A stretch of 64,000 nucleotides of DNA, taken from the IMG/VR virus record IMGVR_UViG_3300032234_000388, positions 32,001-96,000 of that record, one strand, 5' to 3'. This stretch comes from a virus. Lineage: Duplodnaviria > Caudoviricetes. The notes beneath the pieces are model-generated. The model had not been told where the DNA came from. It searched no databases and saw nothing but the letters and a program-made list of their open reading frames with translations. The position numbers and the translations under genes are program-made. Positions 1-7,482 of the stretch are shown here, piece after piece (the stretch's first letter is position 1; each line of letters starts with the position of its first letter).

Positions 1-25
1 GTTGTTTTTACGCAACAAATTTTGG

Positions 26-55
26 TTGACAATCCTGTCCAAACTGTAGTATAAT
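26..55 (+). promoter_or_regulatory. sigma70-type early promoter
   Basis: TTGACA(26-31)-18 bp-TATAAT(50-55), then AAGGAG SD before ATG 80. Confidence 0.8.
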
Positions 56-79
56 ATACACATACTAAGGAGAGCGACG

Positions 80-280
80 ATGTATGATATTGTGACTAAC
101 CCGATTCCTAAAACAGGATTCTTTGCTACCCCTGAATCATATCAGGATTTGATGGACTACTTGGATCGGTTCAACGGTTCAGAGAAAGCCCTGGCAATGA
201 CTATTGCTTGTATGAGTCTTAACCTAGCACACAAACTGGTTGAAGACAACATTCTTAACAAAGAAGTATTCGGACAATAA
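80..280 (+). CDS. hypothetical early protein
   Basis: 66-aa ORF with promoter and SD. Confidence 0.75.
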   Translation: MYDIVTNPIPKTGFFATPESYQDLMDYLDRFNGSEKALAMTIACMSLNLAHKLVEDNILNKEVFGQ

Positions 281-289
281 GGAGCCTGT

Positions 290-916
290 ATGCCAAATTG
301 GTGTTCAAACAACCTAGTTCTAACACACGAAGATCCAGCAATGATCAAGCGTGCCTATGATGCACTTGAGCGTGGCGAGTTCCTTAGTGAGTTCATTCCA
401 GTTCCTGAGCAACTTAAGATTGTTGCTGGCATGGTCAGTGATGAAGCAGAGCAGGCTAAGTTAGAAGCAGACACTGCTCGCAACTTAGAAGAGTTGGGCT
501 ACGGCAACTGGTATGACTTCTGCGTAGGTGAGTGGGGAACCAAATGGGACTGCGGTGAGCAGGGCAACAGCGATATCCACCCAGGCGGTCGGATGCTACA
601 CACATTCTTTGAATCAGCGTGGAGCCCTCCGGTTAATGCCTACGAGAAGTTAGTGGACATGGGTTTTGGTGTAGAAGCCATGTATTACGAAGGTGGTATG
701 GCCTATGCTGGCACATGGAGCAACGGCAACGACGACTACATTGATCTCAGCGAGTTGGGTGCAGACGATATCGAGCGTGACTACCCTGAAATCGACGAGT
801 GCTTTGGTATCTCAGAGTGCATGCGTGAGTATGAAGCAGACAACCAAGAAGAATTGTCAGAGTGGCTCAAAGACGGTGTTGAGCAGAACAAGAAACTGGG
901 GTTGATCGCACAATGA
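290..916 (+). CDS. DUF1281/YubB (Api92-like) ferredoxin-like fold protein
   Basis: MPNWCSN, WYDFCVGEWGTKWD and FESAWSPP motifs; AAGGAG SD. Confidence 0.75.
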   Translation: MPNWCSNNLVLTHEDPAMIKRAYDALERGEFLSEFIPVPEQLKIVAGMVSDEAEQAKLEADTARNLEELGYGNWYDFCVGEWGTKWDCGEQGNSDIHPGGRMLHTFFESAWSPPVNAYEKLVDMGFGVEAMYYEGGMAYAGTWSNGNDDYIDLSELGADDIERDYPEIDECFGISECMREYEADNQEELSEWLKDGVEQNKKLGLIAQ

Positions 917-1089
917 GAGAGATGAAGTTCCAATTTACAGTGATCTGCGCCGGCGAAGGCCGGGCAGATGACACACTGGTCGAATCCATGATTGATTTGG
1001 CCATGCAGGATCTGGTCTATGACGACGAGTTTGTCGCCGCCCTAGACGAGAAAGAAGCAGTGACCATTCAGGTGTCTAGAATTGGATAA
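913..1089 (+). CDS. 58-aa acidic hypothetical protein (not in ORF track)
   Basis: MREMKFQFTVIC...IQVSRIG; ATGA overlap with upstream stop. Confidence 0.65.
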   Translation: MREMKFQFTVICAGEGRADDTLVESMIDLAMQDLVYDDEFVAALDEKEAVTIQVSRIG

Positions 1090-1097
1090 TTGAATGG

Positions 1098-1126
1098 TTG
1101 ACTGTTTGGGCTAGCTATGTTATAAT
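1098..1126 (+). promoter_or_regulatory. sigma70-type early promoter
   Basis: TTGACT-17-TATAAT. Confidence 0.8.
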
Positions 1127-1182
1127 AGTAGCTCGAGTAGTAGTAACTTAACTTTAACACACACAGAAGGAAGTAGACTAAA

Positions 1183-1485
1183 ATGGCAACAGCAAAGAAA
1201 TTCGCAGTAGCAGGTGTTTCAACTCTAGCAGGTAAGACTAAGATTCGTTTCGCCAACGATACAATGCGCATCAAGATCTTGGCTAAAAACGGACACACAA
1301 ACGTTGAGTTGGTCAGCCTCCCACACGAGATGACCAAGGGTGAGATCGCAGCACACTTGACCAGCATTGGTTTTGGCTCAGGATCTCCAGCTGTACAAGC
1401 AGCTATTAGCTATATAGCTAAGAAGAATCCAGCTCCAGAAGCTGTGAAGACTCCTGCCGTGAAGGCAGCAGCAGTTACTGCCTAA
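1183..1485 (+). CDS. basic Ala/Lys-rich hypothetical protein
   Basis: 100-aa ORF between a promoter and a terminator. Confidence 0.75.
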   Translation: MATAKKFAVAGVSTLAGKTKIRFANDTMRIKILAKNGHTNVELVSLPHEMTKGEIAAHLTSIGFGSGSPAVQAAISYIAKKNPAPEAVKTPAVKAAAVTA

Positions 1486-1520
1486 ACCGATTCGCTCCCG
1501 GGATTGGCAGTTTGTGGTAC

Positions 1521-1550
1521 ACCCAGGCCCTAAAAAGCCTGGGTTTTTTT
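1521..1550 (+). terminator. intrinsic terminator
   Basis: ACCCAGGC/GCCTGGGT stem followed by a T-run. Confidence 0.85.
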
Positions 1551-1576
1551 GTGGCTCTAATACAACACCGTTTGGA

Positions 1577-1605
1577 TTGCATTTTGGACAAAGTTGTGTT
1601 ATACT
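1577..1605 (+). promoter_or_regulatory. sigma70-type early promoter
   Basis: TTGCAT-17-TATACT with TGn extended -10. Confidence 0.75.
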
Positions 1606-1632
1606 AACAGTATTAACACATAGGAGCTAACA

Positions 1633-1860
1633 ATGCTAAACACAACACATAAACGAGTTACACTAATAAAAGAAGTTATGTGGAACGAGCAAATGGACGG
1701 CAACGAACTGTTTGATGCTGTACTTAAGGACGAAGCTGGGGAAGTGCGTGTTATGCGTTGCTGTGAGTGCTTTGACATAGACTTTTTTATGCAGCATGAG
1801 TGGGACGACTGCATTACACTAGAGGAATACGTTGTAGAATACATTGACAACTGGAAATAA
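1633..1860 (+). CDS. acidic hypothetical early protein
   Basis: AGGAG SD; 75 aa with no Pro or Ser. Confidence 0.75.
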   Translation: MLNTTHKRVTLIKEVMWNEQMDGNELFDAVLKDEAGEVRVMRCCECFDIDFFMQHEWDDCITLEEYVVEYIDNWK

Positions 1861-1870
1861 GGAGCGGACT

Positions 1871-2161
1871 ATGCTAACAACAACAACACAATTACGTGAA
1901 ATTATTAGAGAAGTGCTAGCGGACGTTGGCGGCGCAGCTTGGACTACTTGGACTGACAGAAGAGCACACGAACGCAAACAACGAACTAACATGCGCTATG
2001 TAGTGTTTAAAATTGACAGAGTTGGCAGAGACGGAGACATAGGCTGTGTTGAGGCACGTGTTAACGTGTTGTTGCGTATACGCGGATTTAGCAACAGAGT
2101 GCGTGTTACTAGCAATTATAAATTTGGCGGCTACTTACGTGCTAATGCACAATTAGGTTGA
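1871..2161 (+). CDS. basic hypothetical early protein
   Basis: AAGGAG SD before ATG 1871; no Pro. Confidence 0.75.
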   Translation: MLTTTTQLREIIREVLADVGGAAWTTWTDRRAHERKQRTNMRYVVFKIDRVGRDGDIGCVEARVNVLLRIRGFSNRVRVTSNYKFGGYLRANAQLG

Positions 2162-2186
2162 CATTTTGGACAATGTGTGCTATAAT
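2158..2186 (+). promoter_or_regulatory. sigma70-type early promoter
   Basis: TTGACA-17-TATAAT, perfect consensus. Confidence 0.9.
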
Positions 2187-2217
2187 GTACACATAAACTA
2201 AGCAACTAGGAGCGAAA

Positions 2218-2457
2218 ATGAATAAAATTAAAATTGTAGACACAGTGGATAACAGGTACTTTGTTAGTGCTACAACTAGCGGAAGTACTAGCGACATTTA
2301 CTTAACAGATGGCACTACAACTGTTAAGCTAGAGGACTGTTTAATTTGGGACAGTGAGCTGTTTGAGGACGCGGAGTTTTACGACGTTGTTAAACACTGT
2401 AAAGCTAACGGCGGAGTAGGAGTAGACAGCTACGAGGGCTGGAGCATTGTTGCATAA
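2218..2457 (+). CDS. hypothetical early protein
   Basis: AGGAG SD; 79 aa with no Pro. Confidence 0.75.
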   Translation: MNKIKIVDTVDNRYFVSATTSGSTSDIYLTDGTTTVKLEDCLIWDSELFEDAEFYDVVKHCKANGGVGVDSYEGWSIVA

Positions 2458-2462
2458 AGCGG

Positions 2463-2491
2463 TTGACAAATTGGACAAAAGGTGTTATACT
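2463..2491 (+). promoter_or_regulatory. sigma70-type early promoter
   Basis: TTGACA-17-TATACT. Confidence 0.85.
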
Positions 2492-2539
2492 ACACATGTA
2501 GTACAAATTAACTAACTTCGGAAAAGAAAGAAAGAACAT

Positions 2540-2764
2540 ATGAACAAATACCAAAAGGCCGCAGCCCTAGACCTCGTCAAAATTACGGGCATCGTAGTAG
2601 CAGTCAGCATCACAATGAACATACTGGCCCTGTACTTCACAGTGGCACAGATCCTAATTGGACTAGGTCTAATCCTAATGACCTACACGGGCTACAACCT
2701 GTTCCAACTGCGTGTGGATCAGTTACGAACCCTGGACGAGATCCGCGAGCGTCAGAGTAAATAA
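2540..2764 (+). CDS. small two-TM membrane protein
   Basis: two hydrophobic segments. Confidence 0.7.
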   Translation: MNKYQKAAALDLVKITGIVVAVSITMNILALYFTVAQILIGLGLILMTYTGYNLFQLRVDQLRTLDEIRERQSK

Positions 2765-2768
2765 TACT

Positions 2769-3164
2769 ATGGAACTATTGATCGCTACGCTAATAGCATT
2801 TGCCGCAGGTTGGTACGCGGGCAGCTGGATAACCACACACCTGTTGGCCTTGAGCTTCCGACAGATCCTCCAGGATTTGGGGGTAAAGAACTCACAACTG
2901 CGTGCTTTGGCGGAGGATGTGGGCATAGAACTCCCAGCTGTGAACGAGAGCACTGAATCCGGGGATCAGCTAACACCCCTAGAGATAGTCCTGGAGCAGC
3001 ATCAGGGCGTGCTCTATGCTTACCGCAAGGACAACCAACAGTTCCTAGGCCAGGGCACAGATCGTGAGGGCCTGATCGATAGTATATCAAAGCGTATGAC
3101 GGATGTACGTCTAATCATAGATTCTGCAGACGGCGCTGATCTGTTGCAAAAACGCAACACATAA
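2769..3164 (+). CDS. hypothetical protein with N-terminal TM anchor
   Basis: TAAATA(2758-2763) 5 nt before ATG 2769; MELLIATLIAFAAGW. Confidence 0.7.
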   Translation: MELLIATLIAFAAGWYAGSWITTHLLALSFRQILQDLGVKNSQLRALAEDVGIELPAVNESTESGDQLTPLEIVLEQHQGVLYAYRKDNQQFLGQGTDREGLIDSISKRMTDVRLIIDSADGADLLQKRNT

Positions 3165-3169
3165 ATCGG

Positions 3170-3198
3170 TTGACATTTTGGCTGTTTCTGTGTATAAT
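3170..3198 (+). promoter_or_regulatory. sigma70-type promoter, probably leaderless transcript
   Basis: TTGACA-17-TATAAT, ATG 6 nt downstream. Confidence 0.85.
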
Positions 3199-3204
3199 GT
3201 ACAC

Positions 3205-3438
3205 ATGAACACACAAAAGCTAAACGAACTAATTCAATGGACGGGCACAGTATTTGTGCTCTGTATGTACGCTGCAATGAACCTAGCACCCACAAACACA
3301 ACACTGATACAACTGTTGGGACTGTTGGGTGCAGCCAGCTTCTTTGCATGGACTGTGCGTGTTCGGAACCGTCCGCAGCAGTTGATTAATGTAGTGGCTA
3401 TTGTGTTATGCGTAGTAGGACTAGCAAAGGGACTATAA
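3205..3438 (+). CDS. three-TM membrane protein
   Basis: three hydrophobic helices; start moved to ATG 3205. Confidence 0.65.
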   Translation: MNTQKLNELIQWTGTVFVLCMYAAMNLAPTNTTLIQLLGLLGAASFFAWTVRVRNRPQQLINVVAIVLCVVGLAKGL

Positions 3439-3443
3439 GAACT

Positions 3444-3677
3444 ATGATTACTATTAGTGGACTAACACCCAAACAAAAGGCCCTGCTCACAGTCATGTGG
3501 GACATAGACAGTGTAGAACGAGTACAGGAGTTCATCCGTACACTGCCTGCAGCTGATGCACGTGATGCACACAGTCTACTGCAGATGGCCATATGGGAAT
3601 CAATTGAACAACAGGAAGGACTAGAAGAGTATGAGCAATTGGCTAAAGATTGTATTAGTCGTACTAGCAGTAAGTAG
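3444..3677 (+). CDS. hypothetical protein
   Basis: MITISGLTPKQKALL...; packed directly after the previous gene. Confidence 0.65.
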   Translation: MITISGLTPKQKALLTVMWDIDSVERVQEFIRTLPAADARDAHSLLQMAIWESIEQQEGLEEYEQLAKDCISRTSSK

Positions 3678-3843
3678 TACAGCAGGCTGTAGCATTCTGC
3701 AGCAGGATCGTAGGGATGCGCCCTGGGACCCTAAGGGCAGCCGCACACTGTTGGATCAGATACCCAATGAAGATGGCGCTGCACTCAAGAGGTGTTGTGG
3801 CCATTTGAGACAGTGTTCTGCACACCAGACGCCGAGGTGTTGA
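3631..3843 (+). CDS. putative small lipoprotein
   Basis: signal peptide ending in lipobox-like STAG-C. Confidence 0.5.
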   Translation: MSNWLKIVLVVLAVSSTAGCSILQQDRRDAPWDPKGSRTLLDQIPNEDGAALKRCCGHLRQCSAHQTPRC

Positions 3844-4179
3844 GGTCGGTCGGTGGACCATCAGGTGGTGGTGGGGTGGCTGGGGCTATATGTTAGTAGC
3901 TGCTAACTTAGCTAGTAGTGGTAGCAAATCACCACCTTGAAATGAAAAGTACTCCACCCTAATTTTTTTGCGCTCTAATTTTTAGGCCTCTAGGACCCAT
4001 TTGGGCTACATATTAATCTATGCAAATTCCCACACAGTATCCCACTCTAGATTTCATTGACATTATCATTCTACTAGAACTCATACAAAATCGCCTTGCC
4101 CTCACTGTTTTTCAATTGTAAAAAAACTGCGCGGCCATTTTTTATTCTAGCTAGACCCATTTGGGCAATATATAATACT

Positions 4180-4362
4180 ATGAACGATCTCTACAACGAA
4201 ACCATTGAACGTCACGGTAAGACCTATCGCTACGACCCAGATCATGACTGCTACTATGCTGTACACTGTGATCGATCACCATGGGATCAATGGGGCTGGA
4301 TTGTTGTGATACTGGTGTTGAGCGCAATTGCTTTATACTTTGAATTTAGCCCTATTAGATAG
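4180..4362 (+). CDS. small protein with C-terminal TM helix
   Basis: MNDLYNETIERHGKTYRYDPD...WGWIVVILVLSAIALYF. Confidence 0.6.
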   Translation: MNDLYNETIERHGKTYRYDPDHDCYYAVHCDRSPWDQWGWIVVILVLSAIALYFEFSPIR

Positions 4363-4393
4363 TCAATTGGCTCTAGGCTAGTAAATACTGGAT

Positions 4394-4618
4394 ATGCTTA
4401 TAGTATATCTAGAGCCATTTCAACAGCGTCAATATCAGTTGATACAAAGCTGGGGCACACACGTTCGTGCATGGCCTAGATCATGGTCGCAGCAGGATTT
4501 ATATAACGCAGCCATTCCCACTGATTGGTGGCTGTTGTTCAGCACTGCGCAGTACGCTGATCTATGGTTATTACAGTATCCAGAACAAAGTAGAATTATA
4601 CGCACACTGTTTGATTGA
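4394..4618 (+). CDS. hypothetical protein
   Basis: TAAATA(4382-4387) 6 nt before ATG. Confidence 0.55.
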   Translation: MLIVYLEPFQQRQYQLIQSWGTHVRAWPRSWSQQDLYNAAIPTDWWLLFSTAQYADLWLLQYPEQSRIIRTLFD

Positions 4619-4799
4619 GTTTCGGGATCACTGTACACGCACCGTAGATCAAAGATCCGGGGCCACTACGAGATCTACTGTTTCTGCGCTACCGCTGCGC
4701 TGCTTCGCAGCTTACTTCGTAATTACGCAAAAAAATTTTTGCGCTGTCGCTTCGCTATCATAAATTAGCCACAGCTTGAAATCTGCTCTTAAATACCCC

Positions 4800-5408
4800 A
4801 TGAGTCAAATCACGCCCTTGTTCAGTATGCCCATGTACACAGATCTAATGGATCTTGCACACTGTCCTGATCACGCACAAACACAGTTTACAGAATTTTG
4901 GGATCTCAGCCAAAGTGCCAATAATCACATACTAGATCATGAATCGTGGAGGCCCTTGCGTGATCAAATCAACAGATGTCTCAGCGAGTTCTTTCACACC
5001 TATCTGTCTGCAGTAGAGGGTGTAGAGCTGACCATCACACAAAGCTGGATCAATCGCTATCTGCAGGGGCAGGCACAGCCCAGACACTTTCACTCGAATT
5101 CTGTGTTTTCGGGTGTGGTCATGCTGTGTGATCATCCTTCTAGTATTGAGTTTTATAGTCCGCATCGCAGCAATCATCGCTGGGATGTTCACACACTCAA
5201 TCTGTGGAACAGTCACAGTTGGCGCATGCCCTGTGAGCGAGGACTGCTGATCATCACGCCCAGTGTGCTGGATCATCAAACACAGATCAACCAAAGTGAG
5301 CAGGTTCGATGGAGTTTGGCCTTTGACACTGAGATCACTGGGGACACACAATGGGTAAGGCAGATCTCCGAAACTGTGCAGGGCCTGGCCAGATTCGGCC
5401 AGCGTTAA
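4800..5408 (+). CDS. putative 2OG-Fe(II) oxygenase (TIGR02466-like)
   Basis: SWIN...HFHSNSVFSGV...PSVLDH...RWSLAFD; TAAATA 4 nt upstream of ATG 4800. Confidence 0.8.
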   Translation: MSQITPLFSMPMYTDLMDLAHCPDHAQTQFTEFWDLSQSANNHILDHESWRPLRDQINRCLSEFFHTYLSAVEGVELTITQSWINRYLQGQAQPRHFHSNSVFSGVVMLCDHPSSIEFYSPHRSNHRWDVHTLNLWNSHSWRMPCERGLLIITPSVLDHQTQINQSEQVRWSLAFDTEITGDTQWVRQISETVQGLARFGQR

Positions 5409-5430
5409 AATGTGCGCAGTTAAATATCTC

Positions 5431-5526
5431 ATGCCTAGACTACTAGTATTATTCATGAGCCTTGTTGCTCTTACCCTTCCTCTAATGGCCCTTGCGGCCC
5501 TAACCATGATTGGTGCGCTACTATGA
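5431..5526 (+). CDS. 31-aa hydrophobic peptide coupled to the antiporter (not in ORF track)
   Basis: MPRLLVLFMSLVALTLPLMALAALTMIGALL; TAAATA 4 nt upstream; ATGA overlap with 5523. Confidence 0.65.
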   Translation: MPRLLVLFMSLVALTLPLMALAALTMIGALL

Positions 5527-6692
5527 TCACAACATTTTTTATTATTGCTGCCATGGTGTTGGTGCCATGGATTGTATGGCGAATTCTACGACTAGAATCT
5601 TGGATGCCCTTGCCCATGTTTCAAATATTCTGCGGCATACTGGTTGGACCTTCAGCATTTGGAGCCTATCATCCGGAACTGTTTACTCAGCTGTTCACTC
5701 AGCCTGTTAGAGCCAGTTTAGATACCATACAGACTCTGGCCATCATTGTGTTTGCATTTATGGCTGGATTGGAATTGAAACCTCGTGAAGTATTGGCCAC
5801 AGAAGGCAAGGGCATTTGGCTCAAGGCCTTTCAAGTTATAGTTCTGCCTATTGCACTAGCTGCGGTGTGTTTCTATGCATTTTTTGATTCAGGAGTGTGG
5901 CATGATCCTCGTGCAGGAGTAGTACAGTTTGCTTGGGCAATGGGTGTGGCCACTTGTATAACTGCACTGCCCATGTTGGTTATAGCTTCAAAGAGCGTGG
6001 GCATCTATGGCACTGATCTATATCGCAGACTCCTAGCCTTGGTGACCTTTGACGATCTTATCCTGTGGTTGACCATAGGTTTGATCATAGCCTTTGGCAA
6101 AACCATGATGCTGGCATCCCTATTCTTTGCAGCCACTGCACTGGTATATTGGCTGTATCCTAGACTTATGGATTGGTTAGGTGAAAGCTCTTGGCCCACA
6201 CTCACAGTGGCTTTGGTCTTTACTTGGGCAGCGTTTAGCCATTGGGCTGGACTACATTGGTTATTGGGCGGATTCCTAGCTGGTATGATCATACCTCGAC
6301 ACACCACAGCTTGGTTGGGCGGCATGGCTGAACATCAGATGTATTGGCTAATGCCTGTGTTCTTTATCTGGACCGGACTCAAAGTACAGTGGTCTAGTCC
6401 GTTGGCTGTGATCATTGGCGCTGCCGTTGGCATGTACCTAATTGCTGTGATCACCAAGTTTGTGGGCGTTTGGCTAGCCTATAGATCCGAGGGCATGCGC
6501 ATGGTCATGTTCAAAACAGCTCTGCTGCAAAACAAAGGTCTGATGGAAATATTCCTAGCCACAGTGTTGCTCAAAGCACAGATTATCACAGGTGACATGT
6601 TTGCTGCAGTTGTGATCATGAGCTTGATCAGCACAGGATCTGCAGTGCCGTTGGCTCGGTTGTTCGACATTAAACAGCACAAAACTGTATAA
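5523..6692 (+). CDS. cation:proton antiporter (CPA2/Kef-type Na+(K+)/H+ exchanger)
   Basis: about 12 TM; GILVGPS, GLEL, ITALP, TFDD, LGGFLAG and KGLME motifs. Confidence 0.85.
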   Translation: MITTFFIIAAMVLVPWIVWRILRLESWMPLPMFQIFCGILVGPSAFGAYHPELFTQLFTQPVRASLDTIQTLAIIVFAFMAGLELKPREVLATEGKGIWLKAFQVIVLPIALAAVCFYAFFDSGVWHDPRAGVVQFAWAMGVATCITALPMLVIASKSVGIYGTDLYRRLLALVTFDDLILWLTIGLIIAFGKTMMLASLFFAATALVYWLYPRLMDWLGESSWPTLTVALVFTWAAFSHWAGLHWLLGGFLAGMIIPRHTTAWLGGMAEHQMYWLMPVFFIWTGLKVQWSSPLAVIIGAAVGMYLIAVITKFVGVWLAYRSEGMRMVMFKTALLQNKGLMEIFLATVLLKAQIITGDMFAAVVIMSLISTGSAVPLARLFDIKQHKTV

Positions 6693-6700
6693 ATATTATC

Positions 6701-6913
6701 ATGGAACAACAATATCTTATATCTAAAGCTCGTAACACAATCACAGGACAGACTGTTAAGAATCAGGATCTAACAGGCGCTAGATTTTTGTTGACACAGC
6801 GATTTTTATGTCAGGAAGTTGCTGATCAATTGGCAGCCAAAATGACTGAACGAACAGGCGACACGTGGGTGGGTTACTGCGAAGCCTATACTCCCTCGCA
6901 GCGTCGAGTCTAA
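6701..6913 (+). CDS. hypothetical late protein
   Basis: TATAAATA(6688-6695) 5 nt before ATG. Confidence 0.7.
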   Translation: MEQQYLISKARNTITGQTVKNQDLTGARFLLTQRFLCQEVADQLAAKMTERTGDTWVGYCEAYTPSQRRV

Positions 6914-7348
6914 TTACTTGTACAGGTAGTTTACAGTGTCAGGATTTTCTCTATAGGTTTCTGCACCGTTTTTATGGTGGAATCTACGAGCCATTTCGGT
7001 TTTAGGACTGAGCGTGACATAGGTTTCTACTTCAGGGTGTTGTCGTTTGATTTCAGCCTGAGCTTGCTCAATTAGGGTACGACCCGCTCCTGCAGCATAA
7101 CTCCATATTGTATAAAAAACCGCTGTATTGGTATGCACCGCAGCTTCGGCTAGGTCGCCCACTGCTGCCGGAATTCCATCCAAAAATTTCACGCAGGTCA
7201 CTGCCAAAGGTTGATCGTTGTCGTCTTTGAGCACATATATTTCTGAGTTTTTGTTAACTCGAAATTCAGGTGGCAGTTCCGGACGAACAGGATCGTCCTT
7301 GATAAGATTGAGTAGGTTGTCTGATAGATCTCTAATTATGTGTAGCAT
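6914..7348 (-). CDS. GNAT-fold protein resembling the malonyl-CoA decarboxylase catalytic domain
   Basis: TAVFYTIWS..GAGRTLI..VTLSP. Confidence 0.55.
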   Translation of the reverse strand: MLHIIRDLSDNLLNLIKDDPVRPELPPEFRVNKNSEIYVLKDDNDQPLAVTCVKFLDGIPAAVGDLAEAAVHTNTAVFYTIWSYAAGAGRTLIEQAQAEIKRQHPEVETYVTLSPKTEMARRFHHKNGAETYRENPDTVNYLYK

Positions 7349-7423
7349 GTCGTGTCCCAGGTTGGTATAATATGCGTATTTATTAATAGACCAAAAAAAT
7401 CCTATTTTTGGCTCAGCTTGTCA

Positions 7424-7452
7424 TTGACCGAGTAAATATTTTACTGTATAAT
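7424..7452 (+). promoter_or_regulatory. sigma70 promoter with nested TAAATA late promoter
   Basis: TTGACC-17-TATAAT; TAAATA at 7433-7438. Confidence 0.75.
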
Positions 7453-7482
7453 GTACTAATAATCAACTTCAAGGAGTTCAAA

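Noticed and set aside
1486-1550. Possible small structured RNA downstream of ORF 1183-1485
   Set aside because: Only the terminator hairpin is well supported; no recognisable family pattern.
2381-2798. About 420 bp without TTT
   Set aside because: Only a few occurrences are expected, so chance or codon choice could explain it, unlike the TC/CC void.
4467-4763. 98-aa ORF across the hairpin cluster
   Set aside because: Overlaps a better-supported ORF, has no SD or promoter, and reads as translated palindromic DNA.
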